DNA of 64,000 nucleotides, taken from Mayamaea pseudoterrestris (lineage: Eukaryota). Every line of letters starts with the position of its first letter. The first letter of the stretch is position 1. Position numbers and translations under genes: made by a program. The notes below the pieces were generated by a model. It ran no database searches. It saw nothing but the letters and a program-made list of their open reading frames with translations, and was not told the DNA's origin. Positions 24,101 through 35,377 of the stretch are shown in pieces. The stretch lies in assembly GCA_027923505.1 (NCBI GenBank), contig BROI01000002.1, positions 1,116,001 to 1,180,000 of the forward strand. The letters are read 5' to 3'.

Positions 24101-26363
24101 CCTGTCAAACGCCCCATGCCCTGGCCACCCAAATACCCAATGAGAGTCCACAAACATTCCGGGGTATGCCATTGACAGGTGCAGAGTCTCAAATGGTGCA
24201 AAAAGGACTGCCTGGAGGCTGACACCATGGGTCCCCACGGTGGGTATGGCCAACACCACAAGTTGGTCGATTCTGACCTATCAAAACGCCCATGCCTAGC
24301 CACCGCAATACCCAATGATCAGGCCAAAACACAAATCCAGTCATTGACAGGTGCAGAGTCTCAAAAGGTCCAAAAGGACTGCCTGGGAGGCTTGACAACC
24401 ATGACGCCTCCACGTGGGTATAGCCACACCGCCAGTTACTGATCGATTCTGACCTGTCAACGCCCCATGCCCTGGCCACCCAAATACAATGAGTCTGCCA
24501 AACATTCCAGGGTATGCCATTGACAGATGAGTCCTCAAATGGTGCAAAAGACTGCCTAGAGCTGACACCATGGGTACGGCCTCCACGGTGGTGGTATGGC
24601 CAACACCACACGTTGTCCATTCTGACCTGTCAAACGCCCCATGTCGCTGGCCACCCAAATACCCAATGGAGTCAGGCCAAACATGTCCAGGGTATGCCAT
24701 TGACAGGCAGAGTCTCAAATGGTGGCGCGGACTGCTTCTGGAGGCTGACACCATGGGTACGGCCTCCCACGGTGGGTATGGCCCACCACAAGTTGTCTGA
24801 CCTGTCAAACGCCCCATGCCCTGGCCACCCAAATACCCAATGAGTCAGGCCAAACATGTCCAGCGTATGCCATTGACAGGTGCATAGTCTCAAATGGTAC
24901 AAAAAGGACTGCCTGGAGGCTGACACCATGGGTACGGCCTCCACGGTGGGTATGGCCAACACCCTTGTCGATTCTGACCTCAAACTCCCATGCCCTGGAC
25001 CCAAATACCCAATGAGTCCAGGCCAAAACATATCCAGGGTAGTGCCATTGACAGGTGCATAGTCTCAAATGGTGAAAAAGGACTGCCTGGAGGCTGACAC
25101 CATGGGTACGGCCTCCACGGTGGGTATGGCCAACACCACAAGTTGTCGATTCTGACATGTCAAACGCCCCATGCCCTGGCCACCCGAATACCCAATGAGT
25201 CCAGGCCAAACATTCAACAGGGGTATGGCTTGAGCCAGGTGCAGAGATCCTCAAATGGTGCAAAAGGACTGCCTGGAGGCTGACACCATGGGTACGGCCT
25301 CCACGGTGGGTATGGCCAAACCACAAGTTGTCCATTCTGACCTGTCAAACGCCCCATGCCCTGGCCACCCAAATGCCCAATGAGTCAGGCCAAACATAGG
25401 TAATGCATTTTTATTGACAGGTGCAGAGTCTCAAATGGTGCAAAGGACTGCCTGGAGGCTGACACCATGGGTGCGGCCTCCACGGTGGAGTATAGCCAAC
25501 ACCACAGAGTTGTATTCTGACCTGTCAAAGCGCCCCCATGCCTGGCCACCCAAATGCAATGAGTCAGGCCAAACATGTCCAGGGTATGCCATTGACAGAT
25601 GCAGAGTCTCAAATGGTGCTAAAAGGACTGCCTGGAGGCTAACACCATGAGATGCGGCCTCCACAGTGGGCTATGGCCAACACCACAAGTTGTGGATTCT
25701 GACCTGTCCGCCCTGCCTGGCCACCCAAACTACCCGATGAGTCAGGCAAAACATATCCAGAGACATGCCATTGACAGGTTGAAGTCTCAAATGGTGCAAA
25801 AAGGACTGCCTGGAGGCTGACACCATGGGTACGGCCTCCACGGTGGGTATGGCCAACACCGCAAGTTGTCGATTCTGACCTGTCAAACGCCCCATGCCCT
25901 GGCCACCCAAATACCCAATGAGTCAGGCCAAACATTATGCCATTGACAGGTGCATAGTCTCAAATGGTGCAAAAAGGACTGCCTGGAGGCTGACACCATG
26001 GGTACGGCCTCCACGGTGGTATGGCCAACACCACAAGTTAATGGATTCTGACCTGTCAAACGCCCCATGCCCTGGCCACTTAAATGCCAATGAGTCAGGC
26101 AAAACATGTCCAGGAGTGTCATTGACAGGTGCATAGTCTCAAATTGCAAAGGACTGTCTGGAGGCGGACACCATGGGTACGGCCTCCAGGGTGGGTATGG
26201 CCAACACCACAAGTTGTCGATTCTGTGACCTGTCACGCCCATGCCTAGCCACCCAAATACCCAATGAGTCAGGCCAAACATGTCCAGGGTATGCCATTGA
26301 CAGGTGCAGAGTCTCAAATGGTGCAAAAAGGATTGCCTGGAGGCTGACACACCATGGGTACGG
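18155..26363. repeat. 181-bp tandem satellite array, ~45 copies
   Basis: Period of 181 bp (ORF-track offsets 18551/18732; 19986/20167/20348/20529). Unit begins GACCTGTCAAACGCCCCATGCCCTGGCCACCCAAATACCCAATGAGTCAGG and ends ...CAACACCACAAGTTGTCGATTCT. First copy diverged, core homogeneous, right third indel-rich. Confidence 0.98.
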
Positions 26364-27396
26364 AAAGTCGTTTCATTCGCATCAGCAGCAGCCATCACGG
26401 AACAATCATCATTGGCATTCCTTGAGCCTCGGCGCGACGAGCAGCCATGATGAATCACGCAATGATGATGCAGCGTCAATGCAGCAGAGTAGAAGAAGTG
26501 TACTTTCGTCCGCTGCGGCTGCAACGATTGCTGCAGTCTGGACGGCAGCGAATACTTATTGTGCTCCTGCAGCTCTCGCTGCCACGGACGATAACGCCTT
26601 TGCCTCCATTCAGGCGCGCGCCAGCAAAATACAGTCGGATTTAGGACAAGACTCGAGTGGAGCAACTAGCACGAATCGGTCCGACAAGACGGCGTACGAC
26701 TTTTCGCTGCCCATCCAAGGCAAGGATACGCTACTGACTGACATTATCAAGCAACAATCAATATCTTCAAGCCAAGATCAATCTAGTAGTAGCGGCGTCA
26801 AGGCTATCGTCGTTGTTAATATCAAGCAGGACGATCCCATTGCCCGGAAAACAATTCCCGAACTCATTTCACTCGCCGCCAAGTACGGTCGCGGCGACAA
26901 TCCCCAACTCGCAATCATCATTTCCCCCACCGACCAAGGCTACTACGAACCCGACACGTCCCAACTCATTCGCCTCAAACTCGCCTCCGAGTACGGCTAC
27001 GGCATTAATCCCTCCACCATTATCACCGACAAGGTGAATTTATTAGGCACAGGCGCCCACCCCTTTTGGCGGTGGCTGCAAAGCAACTGCCGCACTCCCG
27101 CCGGTGTCGGCCGCATTGAAGGCAATTTCGAAAAGTTTCTCATCGACGCCCGCACCGGACAGCCGCTGCGCCGCTACCCGCGCAAGTACTCGCCGCTGAG
27201 CATGGAGGACGACATTTTGGCAACCTTGCGCGCGCCGCCGGCGCGGCCAACGCAGGGGAGGGCGGGAGAGCCCACGGATCAAGACGACATCATCGGGAAA
27301 AGGGACTCAACTATTTTGATCAATAGATGTAGTATATGTTTGAATAGTATGGAAGGTTACAGACAGAATGGTGCCTCTCACGAAATGCCAACATAG
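26364..27396 (+). CDS. Glutathione-peroxidase-fold protein lacking the catalytic motif, putative Tat/thylakoid-lumen target; 5' end missing, 3' end uncertain
   Basis: GPX-like motifs 'TAYDFSL', 'VVVN', 'PTDQG', 'DKVNLLGTGAHPFWRWL', 'IEGNFEKFLID', 'RRY'. 'SRRSVL' + hydrophobic stretch + 'ALA' precedes the domain. The ORF-track start lies inside the satellite, and the sequence after ~27225 looks frameshifted. Confidence 0.75.
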
Positions 27397-27629
27397 GACA
27401 AACGTCACAAGTCGCTTCCTCTTGTACAATACGGTATTCAATAACAAAGGTAGATGTTCTCTTCTTCGTCTCAGTTGGCATTACCAGCAACATTTGAACC
27501 AACAATGATCCATTCAAGTGTTGGAATTTCCCGCATCACCCCACTGAACCGGTACGACATCATTTAAATTCCGCTCGACCACCGATTCGCGCATGGAACA
27601 AATCGATACTATATCGGCACTTTTTGATC

Positions 27630-29363
27630 ATGACGAAAAAGAGGCGCTACAATAGTAACAATCTTCAAACTGGCTTGTCTGTGAGCGCAAAGAGTGCTGC
27701 AGCAGGAGACGTGGAGGACTGTCTGGCGGAGCTCGAGCAGTTGCAGAATACTGGACTTGAACCAGCAGTCAATTCCGTCGCAGTCAATGCCGCATCACTG
27801 CCACCAGCAGTCAAGCGCTCCAAGCTTGTTCATTCAGAAACATTACTGGTATCTTCAGATGAGACCAAAAGAGATGCTAATCTTCTTTGGGATGTAACAT
27901 TGACAAAACCTAGACTGACAAAAGATGCGATGGAACGCATTCACGCTTGGAACAACTCACTGCACCTTTGGATCACCAAAAGCACGTATACACCAGGGCT
28001 CTTGCCGTCGTTTGAAACGGAAGTAGCCCGACATTTTCAAGTTGAAAAGCTATCAAAGTATCTGTTGGAGACTTGCAGGGGCTTAAAAATGCCAGCCTTT
28101 GAGCGATGGCTGCTCGACGCCAAACTGGAGGAGAAACAACGAGCTAAAGACTTTGCGCATGCAGCAACGGATGTTATTCTCCCTAATGCTCAACCCAACT
28201 ACAAGGCATGCCAACGACTAGTGGAGGAAATGGTTGAGTCGGGACTGGATCAAAAGGTTGCTGGCAAATATATGAAGGAACTTTGTCGACTTGCCACCAC
28301 GGCCGTGACCGAAGTGTCGTCGCAGAGCCGGAGGTACGCTCACAAGATTCCACTCCACAGGGGCGACAAGATTGAACTGGAGAAGCACGACAAGATTTAT
28401 TCGCTCCTCTACGCTAGCAAACGGTACAAGAAGCCCTTTTGCATTCGGCTCGCCAAGACGCATTATGAAAAGCTCCACCAGATGTTTCTTCACACTCACA
28501 ATCATTACTCGCAAGCATCAAACAAACTACCATCTGGGTTGCGCGGAAAGGCGCTGCATGCCTTTCACTACATTATCATGACGGTTCTGTTGCGCTACTC
28601 GTCGCTGAGTGGCGGCCAGCTGTTGCTGGAAATGCGGGGAGGTGGCATGCAGGGTGCCATTCATGGCCAAGTATTTGAGGTCTTACGAAAGTCTTTCTCG
28701 GAAAGACCAATGCTAGAGTGCTTTGCATCGCCGCTCAATGCCTACTTGCCGTCGTTTGGATCGGCTTTTCCGGAGATTGACTGGCACTTTGGGTCGGTTG
28801 GCGATTTTACGCAGCACACTGTCTCAAATGGATGTTGCGAGGCTAATCCCCCATTTACGCCTGGAATTATGCACGCCATGGTGGAGCAAATAGAGGAATG
28901 TTTGGCGGAAGCCAATTGCAAGCACAAGTTACTTACGTTTGCAGTCATTGTTCCGACCGTACCTGACGATGTCACCAAGGCTGCTTGCGCCAAGCGATTT
29001 GCTGCCACTCCGTTTCGACGCATGACGGCAAGTGCAAGCTGTCGACATCATGTTATCCTTGCTGCAAGAGAGCATGGATATATCGCAGGTGCGCAACATT
29101 TAAAGACAACGCGATACAAGTATAGTATATTTGACACTAGTCTAATATTGCTGCAGAGCAATGAGAGTTTAAAGGTGCCACTGCCGGATGGTTTTGAGGA
29201 GCGAATTCGAGAGGCGTTTCAAAGTCGGCATTTAAGCGAAGTGGGCAAGCTGAAAAAGCAGGACATTAGTTTGACGGAAAGTATGAAAGACGACGAGTCA
29301 ACAGGAGATGCTTCCGCTAGTGACTCGCCAGGCGATGACTCGGACAATGATGGCAAGGGGTGA
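27630..29363 (+). CDS. PCIF1: PCIF1/CAPAM-like cap-adjacent adenosine N6-methyltransferase
   Basis: Motifs 'LLRY', 'MQGAI', 'ECFASPLN', 'FGSAF', 'FGSVGDF', 'CEANPPF', 'EHGYIAGAQH' match the PCIF1 methyltransferase domain; NPPF catalytic motif intact. Confidence 0.85.
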   Translation: MTKKRRYNSNNLQTGLSVSAKSAAAGDVEDCLAELEQLQNTGLEPAVNSVAVNAASLPPAVKRSKLVHSETLLVSSDETKRDANLLWDVTLTKPRLTKDAMERIHAWNNSLHLWITKSTYTPGLLPSFETEVARHFQVEKLSKYLLETCRGLKMPAFERWLLDAKLEEKQRAKDFAHAATDVILPNAQPNYKACQRLVEEMVESGLDQKVAGKYMKELCRLATTAVTEVSSQSRRYAHKIPLHRGDKIELEKHDKIYSLLYASKRYKKPFCIRLAKTHYEKLHQMFLHTHNHYSQASNKLPSGLRGKALHAFHYIIMTVLLRYSSLSGGQLLLEMRGGGMQGAIHGQVFEVLRKSFSERPMLECFASPLNAYLPSFGSAFPEIDWHFGSVGDFTQHTVSNGCCEANPPFTPGIMHAMVEQIEECLAEANCKHKLLTFAVIVPTVPDDVTKAACAKRFAATPFRRMTASASCRHHVILAAREHGYIAGAQHLKTTRYKYSIFDTSLILLQSNESLKVPLPDGFEERIREAFQSRHLSEVGKLKKQDISLTESMKDDESTGDASASDSPGDDSDNDGKG

Positions 29364-29424
29364 CGGAACTCGAGTTGCATCATTAAAGTTGTAGCTTACA
29401 CAAATTTTTAGCTAGATGTGTCTA

Positions 29425-30288
29425 CTATTTAACAAGATGAAGCTCTAAGCAACTCGCCAGGGGCATCTCGTCGGTTCCTCTCCATGATTGCTATCGGTAC
29501 GGCACGTCCGACTTCCAGATCACCAGGCGATCCCTACGGGCTTCTACAACCTCTCTTGACTCATCTCTAAAGGACAGTCTTCCGCCGAATTCCCAGCCAA
29601 CTGGCACAGCAAAGTAAATCATACTCAGTCGCCTCGCATCATTGTCGTCAATGCGCACCGTTCGGAACGGTTTCCAAAACACTTCAGGTTCGGAGTACGA
29701 TTCGTTCTTGCCAGTCAAGAGTTGCACACTTGCCAGCCACGACTTGCGGCTAAACGTTCGCATGGTAGCCATGGTTTTTGTCTTGTCCAAGTGGTCACCA
29801 GGAAAATGTTTTGTTGCTGAAACAATAAATTCAATTGATCGCGGACACTGTCTGTATTGATCTTGCCCGCCTTGAATGCTTGTCACGTATTCGCCTAGTC
29901 CGATCGCATCCATGTCGGCTTGCATGAGTTCATTCTCAAATAGTGATTTGCCTTCAAGCTCAATTTTTGTGACAATATCACTGGAGTCTAAAAAATTGTC
30001 AATGTAGATGTATCCCTTGTCTTCGAGTGCATTGAAGAGAGCTAGTTCGTCCAAGAGTTCCACACGTTCTCGAATCAAAGTGAGCATTTTGACAGACTCT
30101 CGCTGAGACTGTAGTAGTTGTTTTGCTTTTGAATCAGTCTCTTTAAGAGAGCTGGTGGTTTGCAATGCTTCATTTTTTGATATTCCTGCATCCTTGTGGT
30201 CGGCCCGAATTTTTGGTGGAGGTAATCTGGAGTATGGATTTGCATGTTGTTGCGATCGCTTCGCTCGATTCTTTTGTCGTTGCGCCAT
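29425..30288 (-). pseudogene. 2OG-Fe(II) oxygenase-like (prolyl-hydroxylase-like fold) gene with an in-frame TAG at 29491-29493
   Basis: ATG at 30288 (MAQRQKN). 'GYIYIDNFL', 'RRLSMIYF', 'WEFGGRL', 'RDRLVIWKSD' resemble an EGLN-type DSBH fold. After the TAG the frame continues for 21 codons (QSWRGTDEMPLASCLELHLVK*). Confidence 0.55.
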
Positions 30289-30392
30289 GGATGGCTTCTT
30301 TGCGTGCAAGATAGACACATGTTTTAGCCGTTGAAAGGCGCGCAAGATATATTCTAGATCCAACATTTTCTCCAAGAAGCGAGTGAAAAGAC

Positions 30393-33300
30393 ATGTCTTC
30401 GACGAGCAATACTCCGACGACAGGAGCGGCGTCGAGCGGTGGAGGTGCACCTCCCGCTCCGCCAGCAAGCGAAGGAAACCGACGCAACCGTCATTATCGT
30501 CGTGGGAATCGTGCTGGGAATCGTTCCGGGAATCAAGGCAATGGTAACAGACTCAACGGACCGAGTCGTGCGCCGAGTGGAAATTTCCAAGGAAGCGAGC
30601 CGACGCTCGCTGGATTCATCTACGACTATAACGGTTCGCGCGATCCCGATGGATTCATCCGTACGACGAACGAGATCATCACTTTCGTCGGGCGCTCCTA
30701 CAAGAAATATACCAAGGAGCTGCTCAAGGGCATGCGCAACGTGGAACTGGAGATTCCTGACGAGCCTGCACGTCCAACGAAGGATGCCGACACGACGGAC
30801 TCGGACTGGTCCATAATGCTCGAGGAATACAAGGCCGACAAGAAAGAGCATGTCGAGCGCGTGCGTGTATACTCCGACTTCCTCGCTGGTCTCTACGCCG
30901 TGTTGCATGGACAATGCACGGAGCGTATGAAGGATCGTGTCAAGTCGCACGCCAAGTTCCGAGACGCCGAGGAGGACACGGACGGAATTAAGTTGCTGGC
31001 GATTATCAAGGAGATCTCGCATACGTACGAAGGGCGCTGCAAACTTGTGGATCAAGTCGTGGACATTCAAGCTGAGTTGTTCGGACGTACTCAAGGAGCG
31101 CGCGAAAGCCTGCAGAAATATTACGAAAGCATGGTCACGCTGGCAGACGTGGCGAAGGCGGTTGGCGTCACGATGCACAACGAGATTGTGGCGCTGAACA
31201 TTGCCAAGGATGACAATCGTAACAAGGCGAACAAGGAGGATATCAAGGCCGCCGAAGAGCTCGAGCTTGCGATGCTTTTTCGTGCGTGGCGCAACGGGCG
31301 AATACGCTGGGTATTGCAAGCACTTGCGCAACTGCTACCTCGACGGGCACGACAACTTCCCGTTGACGATCCACGATGCATACAACATCATGCAGCGTCG
31401 TGAGCATGCGGATGGAGAAGCCACGTTGCCAACGAACGAGGGCGTGGCGTTTCACACGACTGGTACAGCGCGTGACCCTCCCAGATGCTGGACCTGTCAA
31501 CAGGTTGGTCATGTGCAGCGAGACTGTCCTACGAGAACGGAGTCTACGGAGAGTGCGCCGGCTGCAGAGGCTAGTGGGGCGCAGCACTTCACGCTGGGTA
31601 GCGAGGAAGAAAGCGATGACGACGATGAGGTCGGATACATGTTCGCGCAGCCGCCGAAGGTGAACATCTCGAAGAAGGCTGTGCTCTTGGACAATCAGTC
31701 GACAGTGGATCTGTTCTGCAACGCCAAGATGCTGACGAACATTCGCCCGGTGCCAACGTGGATGGTGATCAAGTGCAACGCTGGTACAGTAAGGACGAAC
31801 ATGATGGGCGACCTGGAGGGCTATGGTCCGGTGTGGTGGTATCCGCAGGGACTGGCGAACATTTTGAGTTTGGCGCAAGTCCGCAAGAAGTTTACCGTGG
31901 AGTATCTCATGCACGGCGTGGATCGTCAATGTTCGTTGTGGAGAAGCCGGATGGTAAGCAGCGAGAGTTTGTCGAGACTGACTCTGGGCTGTATGTTTGC
32001 GAGAGCTTTTCGAAGGGCAAGCGCAGCGATGTCAAGGATGGAGTGGCGATGTTGACTACGGTAGACGATAACCGTACTAACTACACCAATGATGACTATT
32101 TACGCGCTGTTAGAGCTAGGGAACTGCAAATCAAAATTGGACGGCCAAGCCTCAAGGATTACCTGCGCATCGTTACTAGCAATCAGTTGCCGAACTGTCC
32201 TGTGACGAAGGCCGACATCCTGGCTGCTGAGCACATCTTTGGACCAGATGTTGGCTCGTTAAAAGGAAAGACGACGCGTCGCGCGTCGCATCTGGTGAAG
32301 CCTGCGATTGTTGAGCAGCTTCCACCGGCTATCATGAGTCGCTATCGAGACGTTACTCTTTGTGCTGACATCATGTATATCAACAAAGTCCCTATGTTGG
32401 TGACGTTCTCCCGCAGCATTCGTTTTGCTACGGTTGAGGTGATTCAAAACCGTACGCTTCCGGTTATGTTGAAGGCAATCGAGTCTGTGTTGAAGATTTA
32501 CGCACGCGGTGGGTTCCGTGTCGTCGCGGCTCTGATGGATGGGGAGTTCGCTCCAATGCTTGGCGCGTTGGCTGATCTCGGAGTGGCGCTCAATGCGACA
32601 TCTGAGGATGAACACGTTGGCGAAATTGAACGTTTTATCCGTGTCGTGAAAGAACGGGTGCGCGCGACATACAACACGTTGCCATTTAAGCACGTGCCGG
32701 CACGCTTGGTTATCGAAATGACGAAGTCTGCCGTGTTTTGGTTGAATGCGTTTCCGAACGAGCGTGGCATTTCGAAGGATCTCAGTCCACGCACTATTGT
32801 GACTGGTCAGACAGTTGACTTTAATCGGCATTGCAAGTATGAATTTGGTCAGTATGTGCAAACGCATGAGTCGCACAGCAATGACATGCAGGCGCGCACG
32901 ATCGGTGCGCTGGCTCTGCGCCCGACTGGTAATGTGCAGGGTGGGTTTTATTTCCTCAGTTTGTCTTCGGGCAAAGTTCTGAATCGTGGGCACGCTACGC
33001 CTTTGCCCATGCCTGATGATGTCATTGAGCGCGTGCATCGTCTCGCTCGTCAACAGAAGGCCAATCCGGGCATCGTGTTCATGGACCGCCACCGTGTTGC
33101 GGAGGCTGCTGAGCCAGTCATGTGGCACGAAGATGACGCCGAGGATGATGATGACTCTGATTATGATGACGACGCTTCTCGCGGTGACGACGACTCTGCC
33201 GGCGGAAGCGAAGGAGTGAATGCGACCGATGACGACGACGACGACGACGATGGTGCTGACGGCGCAATCGAAGGAGTGCCGAACGACGAGGATGGTGAGG

Positions 33301-35240
33301 CCATTGACGGCGAACTTGACGACGCGCCAGCCGTGGATGATGGCGAAATTGAAGGAGTGCCCGATGAAGGCGAAATTGAAGGAGTGCCAGCTGCTGCAGA
33401 CGAAGAGGATTTCGATGCGCGCTATGGCCCACGCACTGGTCGGTATGGCCTGCGTGCGCGCAAACCTCGCTCGTTCGCTCATTTGTTCACGCTCGACGCT
33501 GCAGAGGAAGTGTCGGAGCCACTCGTCACGGCACAGATGAATATGCGACAAGGTTTAAAGGCTTTTGGCGATGCTGGAGTGGAGGCAGTGCGCAAGGAAA
33601 TGCAGCAGCTACACGACAGGCACGTCATGAAGGCAGTCCCCCAATGCACTCTGACTCCGCAGCAGCGCAAGGACGCTCTGGCGTATTTGATGTTTCTCAA
33701 GCGCAAGCGATGCGGGACTGTGAAGGGACGCGGATGCGCGGATGGACGCAAGCAACGAGCATACACTGCAAAGGAAGACGCAGCATCTCCAACGATAGCG
33801 ACAGAGGCCATCTTTCTGACAGCTATCATTGACGCTATGGAAGGGCGCGAGGTTGCTGTGGTTGATGTACCGGGTGCTTTCATGCAAGCGGAAATGGATG
33901 AGTTGGTGCACGTTCGTTTCACTGGGAAGATGGTGGAGCTACTGTTGGAAATTGATCGCGAGATGTACGAGCCTTGCGTCACAATGGAGAATGGCGAGAA
34001 AGTCATGTACGTTGAATTACTCATGGCGCTTTATGGTACGCTTCGAGCAGCGCGACTATTCTGGGAGAAGTTGTCCGCAAAATTGCTTGAGTGGGGCTTC
34101 GAGAAGAACCCGTACGATCCGTGTGTGTGCAACAAGATTGTCAATGGGAAGCAAATCACCGTGGGATGGCACGTGGACGATTTGAAGATTTCGCACGTCG
34201 ACGTGAGCGTAGTGGATGAGTTCATCGCGCAGATGGATGAGGAGTTTGGCAAGGAGACTCCAATGAATAAGTCACGCGGAAAAGTGCACGACTACCTCGG
34301 CATGGTATTGGACTATACTAAGCCTGGAGAAGTAGCAATCAACATGGTTGACTATGTGAAGAATATCCTTCATCATGCGCCGGGCGACATGGATGGAACG
34401 GCAGCTACTCCGGCCGCCAGTCACTTGTTCCAGATCTCAGAAAATCCTGTCATGTTGAGCGAAGCGAAGAAGCAGATTTTTGTGATGATTGTGATGCAGT
34501 GTCTGTATCTGAGTCAGCGAGCGCGACCGGATATTCGCACAGCGATTTCTTTCTTGAGCACGAGGCTGCAGCAGCCTGACGAAGACGACTATAAGAAGGC
34601 TGCAAGAGTGATTAAATATTTACGCGGAAGCGTGGACATTGTGTTGACGCTGAAGGCGGACCAGTCCGGAATAGTCCAGTGGTGGGTGGATGCATCGTAC
34701 GCGGTGCACCCAGACATGAAGTGTCACACTGGTGGAACAATGACACTTGGACCAGGATCAGTGTACAGTACGTCGGCTAAACAGAAGTTGGTAACAAGAA
34801 GCTCGACGGAGAGTGAAGTCGTGGGAGTTCACGATGTGCTACCGCAGTTGCTGTGGACAGGATATTTTCTGAAGGCGCAAGGTTTCGGGGTCAAGGACAC
34901 GAAATTGTACCAAGACAATATGAGTTCAATGCTGTTGGAAAAGAATGGCAGAAGCTCAAGTACAAAGCGCACGCGACACATGAATGTTCGGTACTTCTTT
35001 GTGAAAGATCGCGTGGCAGCTGGTGAAGTCAACATTGAGCATTGTCCGACCGGAGACATGGTCGCGGATTTCTTCACGAAACCATTGCAGGGAGCCCAGT
35101 TTGGCAAGCTCCGCAACCTGGTTATGAATCTGGCCTCGAGCAGTAAGTACTACTCGGCCCAAAGGAGTGTGTTGAGCATGGATGAGAACCCAAACCGAAG
35201 AGACAGCGGTGACGTCACGAAGACGGTCACGTTTAAGTAA
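30393..35240 (+). pseudogene. Copia gag-pol polyprotein broken by two frameshifts (~31280 and ~31920)
   Basis: Three overlapping ORFs (30393-31403, 31201-32055, 31758-35240) carry consecutive parts of a single polyprotein. Confidence 0.85.
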
Positions 35241-35377
35241 GCGCGGTAAGCGGCAACCGAAGGAGTGGATCGAGGACGATCACTTCTTGGAGAAAATAAG
35301 TAAAGTGGTTTTATTGACTCTGTTCTGCTTAATCATTAGTGTCGCTTCAAGGGCGCGCAAGATATATTCTAGATCAA
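35170..35377 (+). repeat. 3' LTR (~208 bp) of the Copia element
   Basis: Starts TGTTG right after the purine tract. 35352-35375 is identical to 30337-30360 (GGCGCGCAAGATATATTCTAGATC), which precedes the terminal CAACA at the 5' side. Confidence 0.8.

Larger units (their letters stand above)
30337..35377 (+). mobile_element. Ty1/Copia LTR retrotransposon (CoDi-like), 5' LTR truncated
   Basis: gag from 30393 with CCHC knuckle CWTCQQVGHVQRDC; protease LLDNQST; integrase CADIMY/MDGEF/EIERF; RT GWHVDDL; RNase H WVDASY/SSTESE/YQDN/ADFFTKPL, in Copia order. Purine tract AAAGGAGTG then TGTTG at 35170 opens the 3' LTR. The 5' LTR remnant ends CAACA at 30365. Confidence 0.95.

Noticed and set aside
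18155..26363. Dozens of overlapping ORFs (MGGQGMGR..., MSILTCQ...) and a possible CRISPR-like array
   Set aside because: The ORFs are by-products of a 181-bp unit that is not a multiple of three. There are no unique spacers and no cas genes, and the context is eukaryotic.
26173..26363. Satellite-encoded N-terminus fused to the GPX-like ORF
   Set aside because: The ATG lies in noisy satellite sequence and the peptide has no signal-peptide character; a chance in-frame fusion is more likely.
32259..33551. 430-aa antisense ORF (also 30354-31331) in the Copia element
   Set aside because: Shadow of the codon-biased sense polyprotein; no independent protein features.
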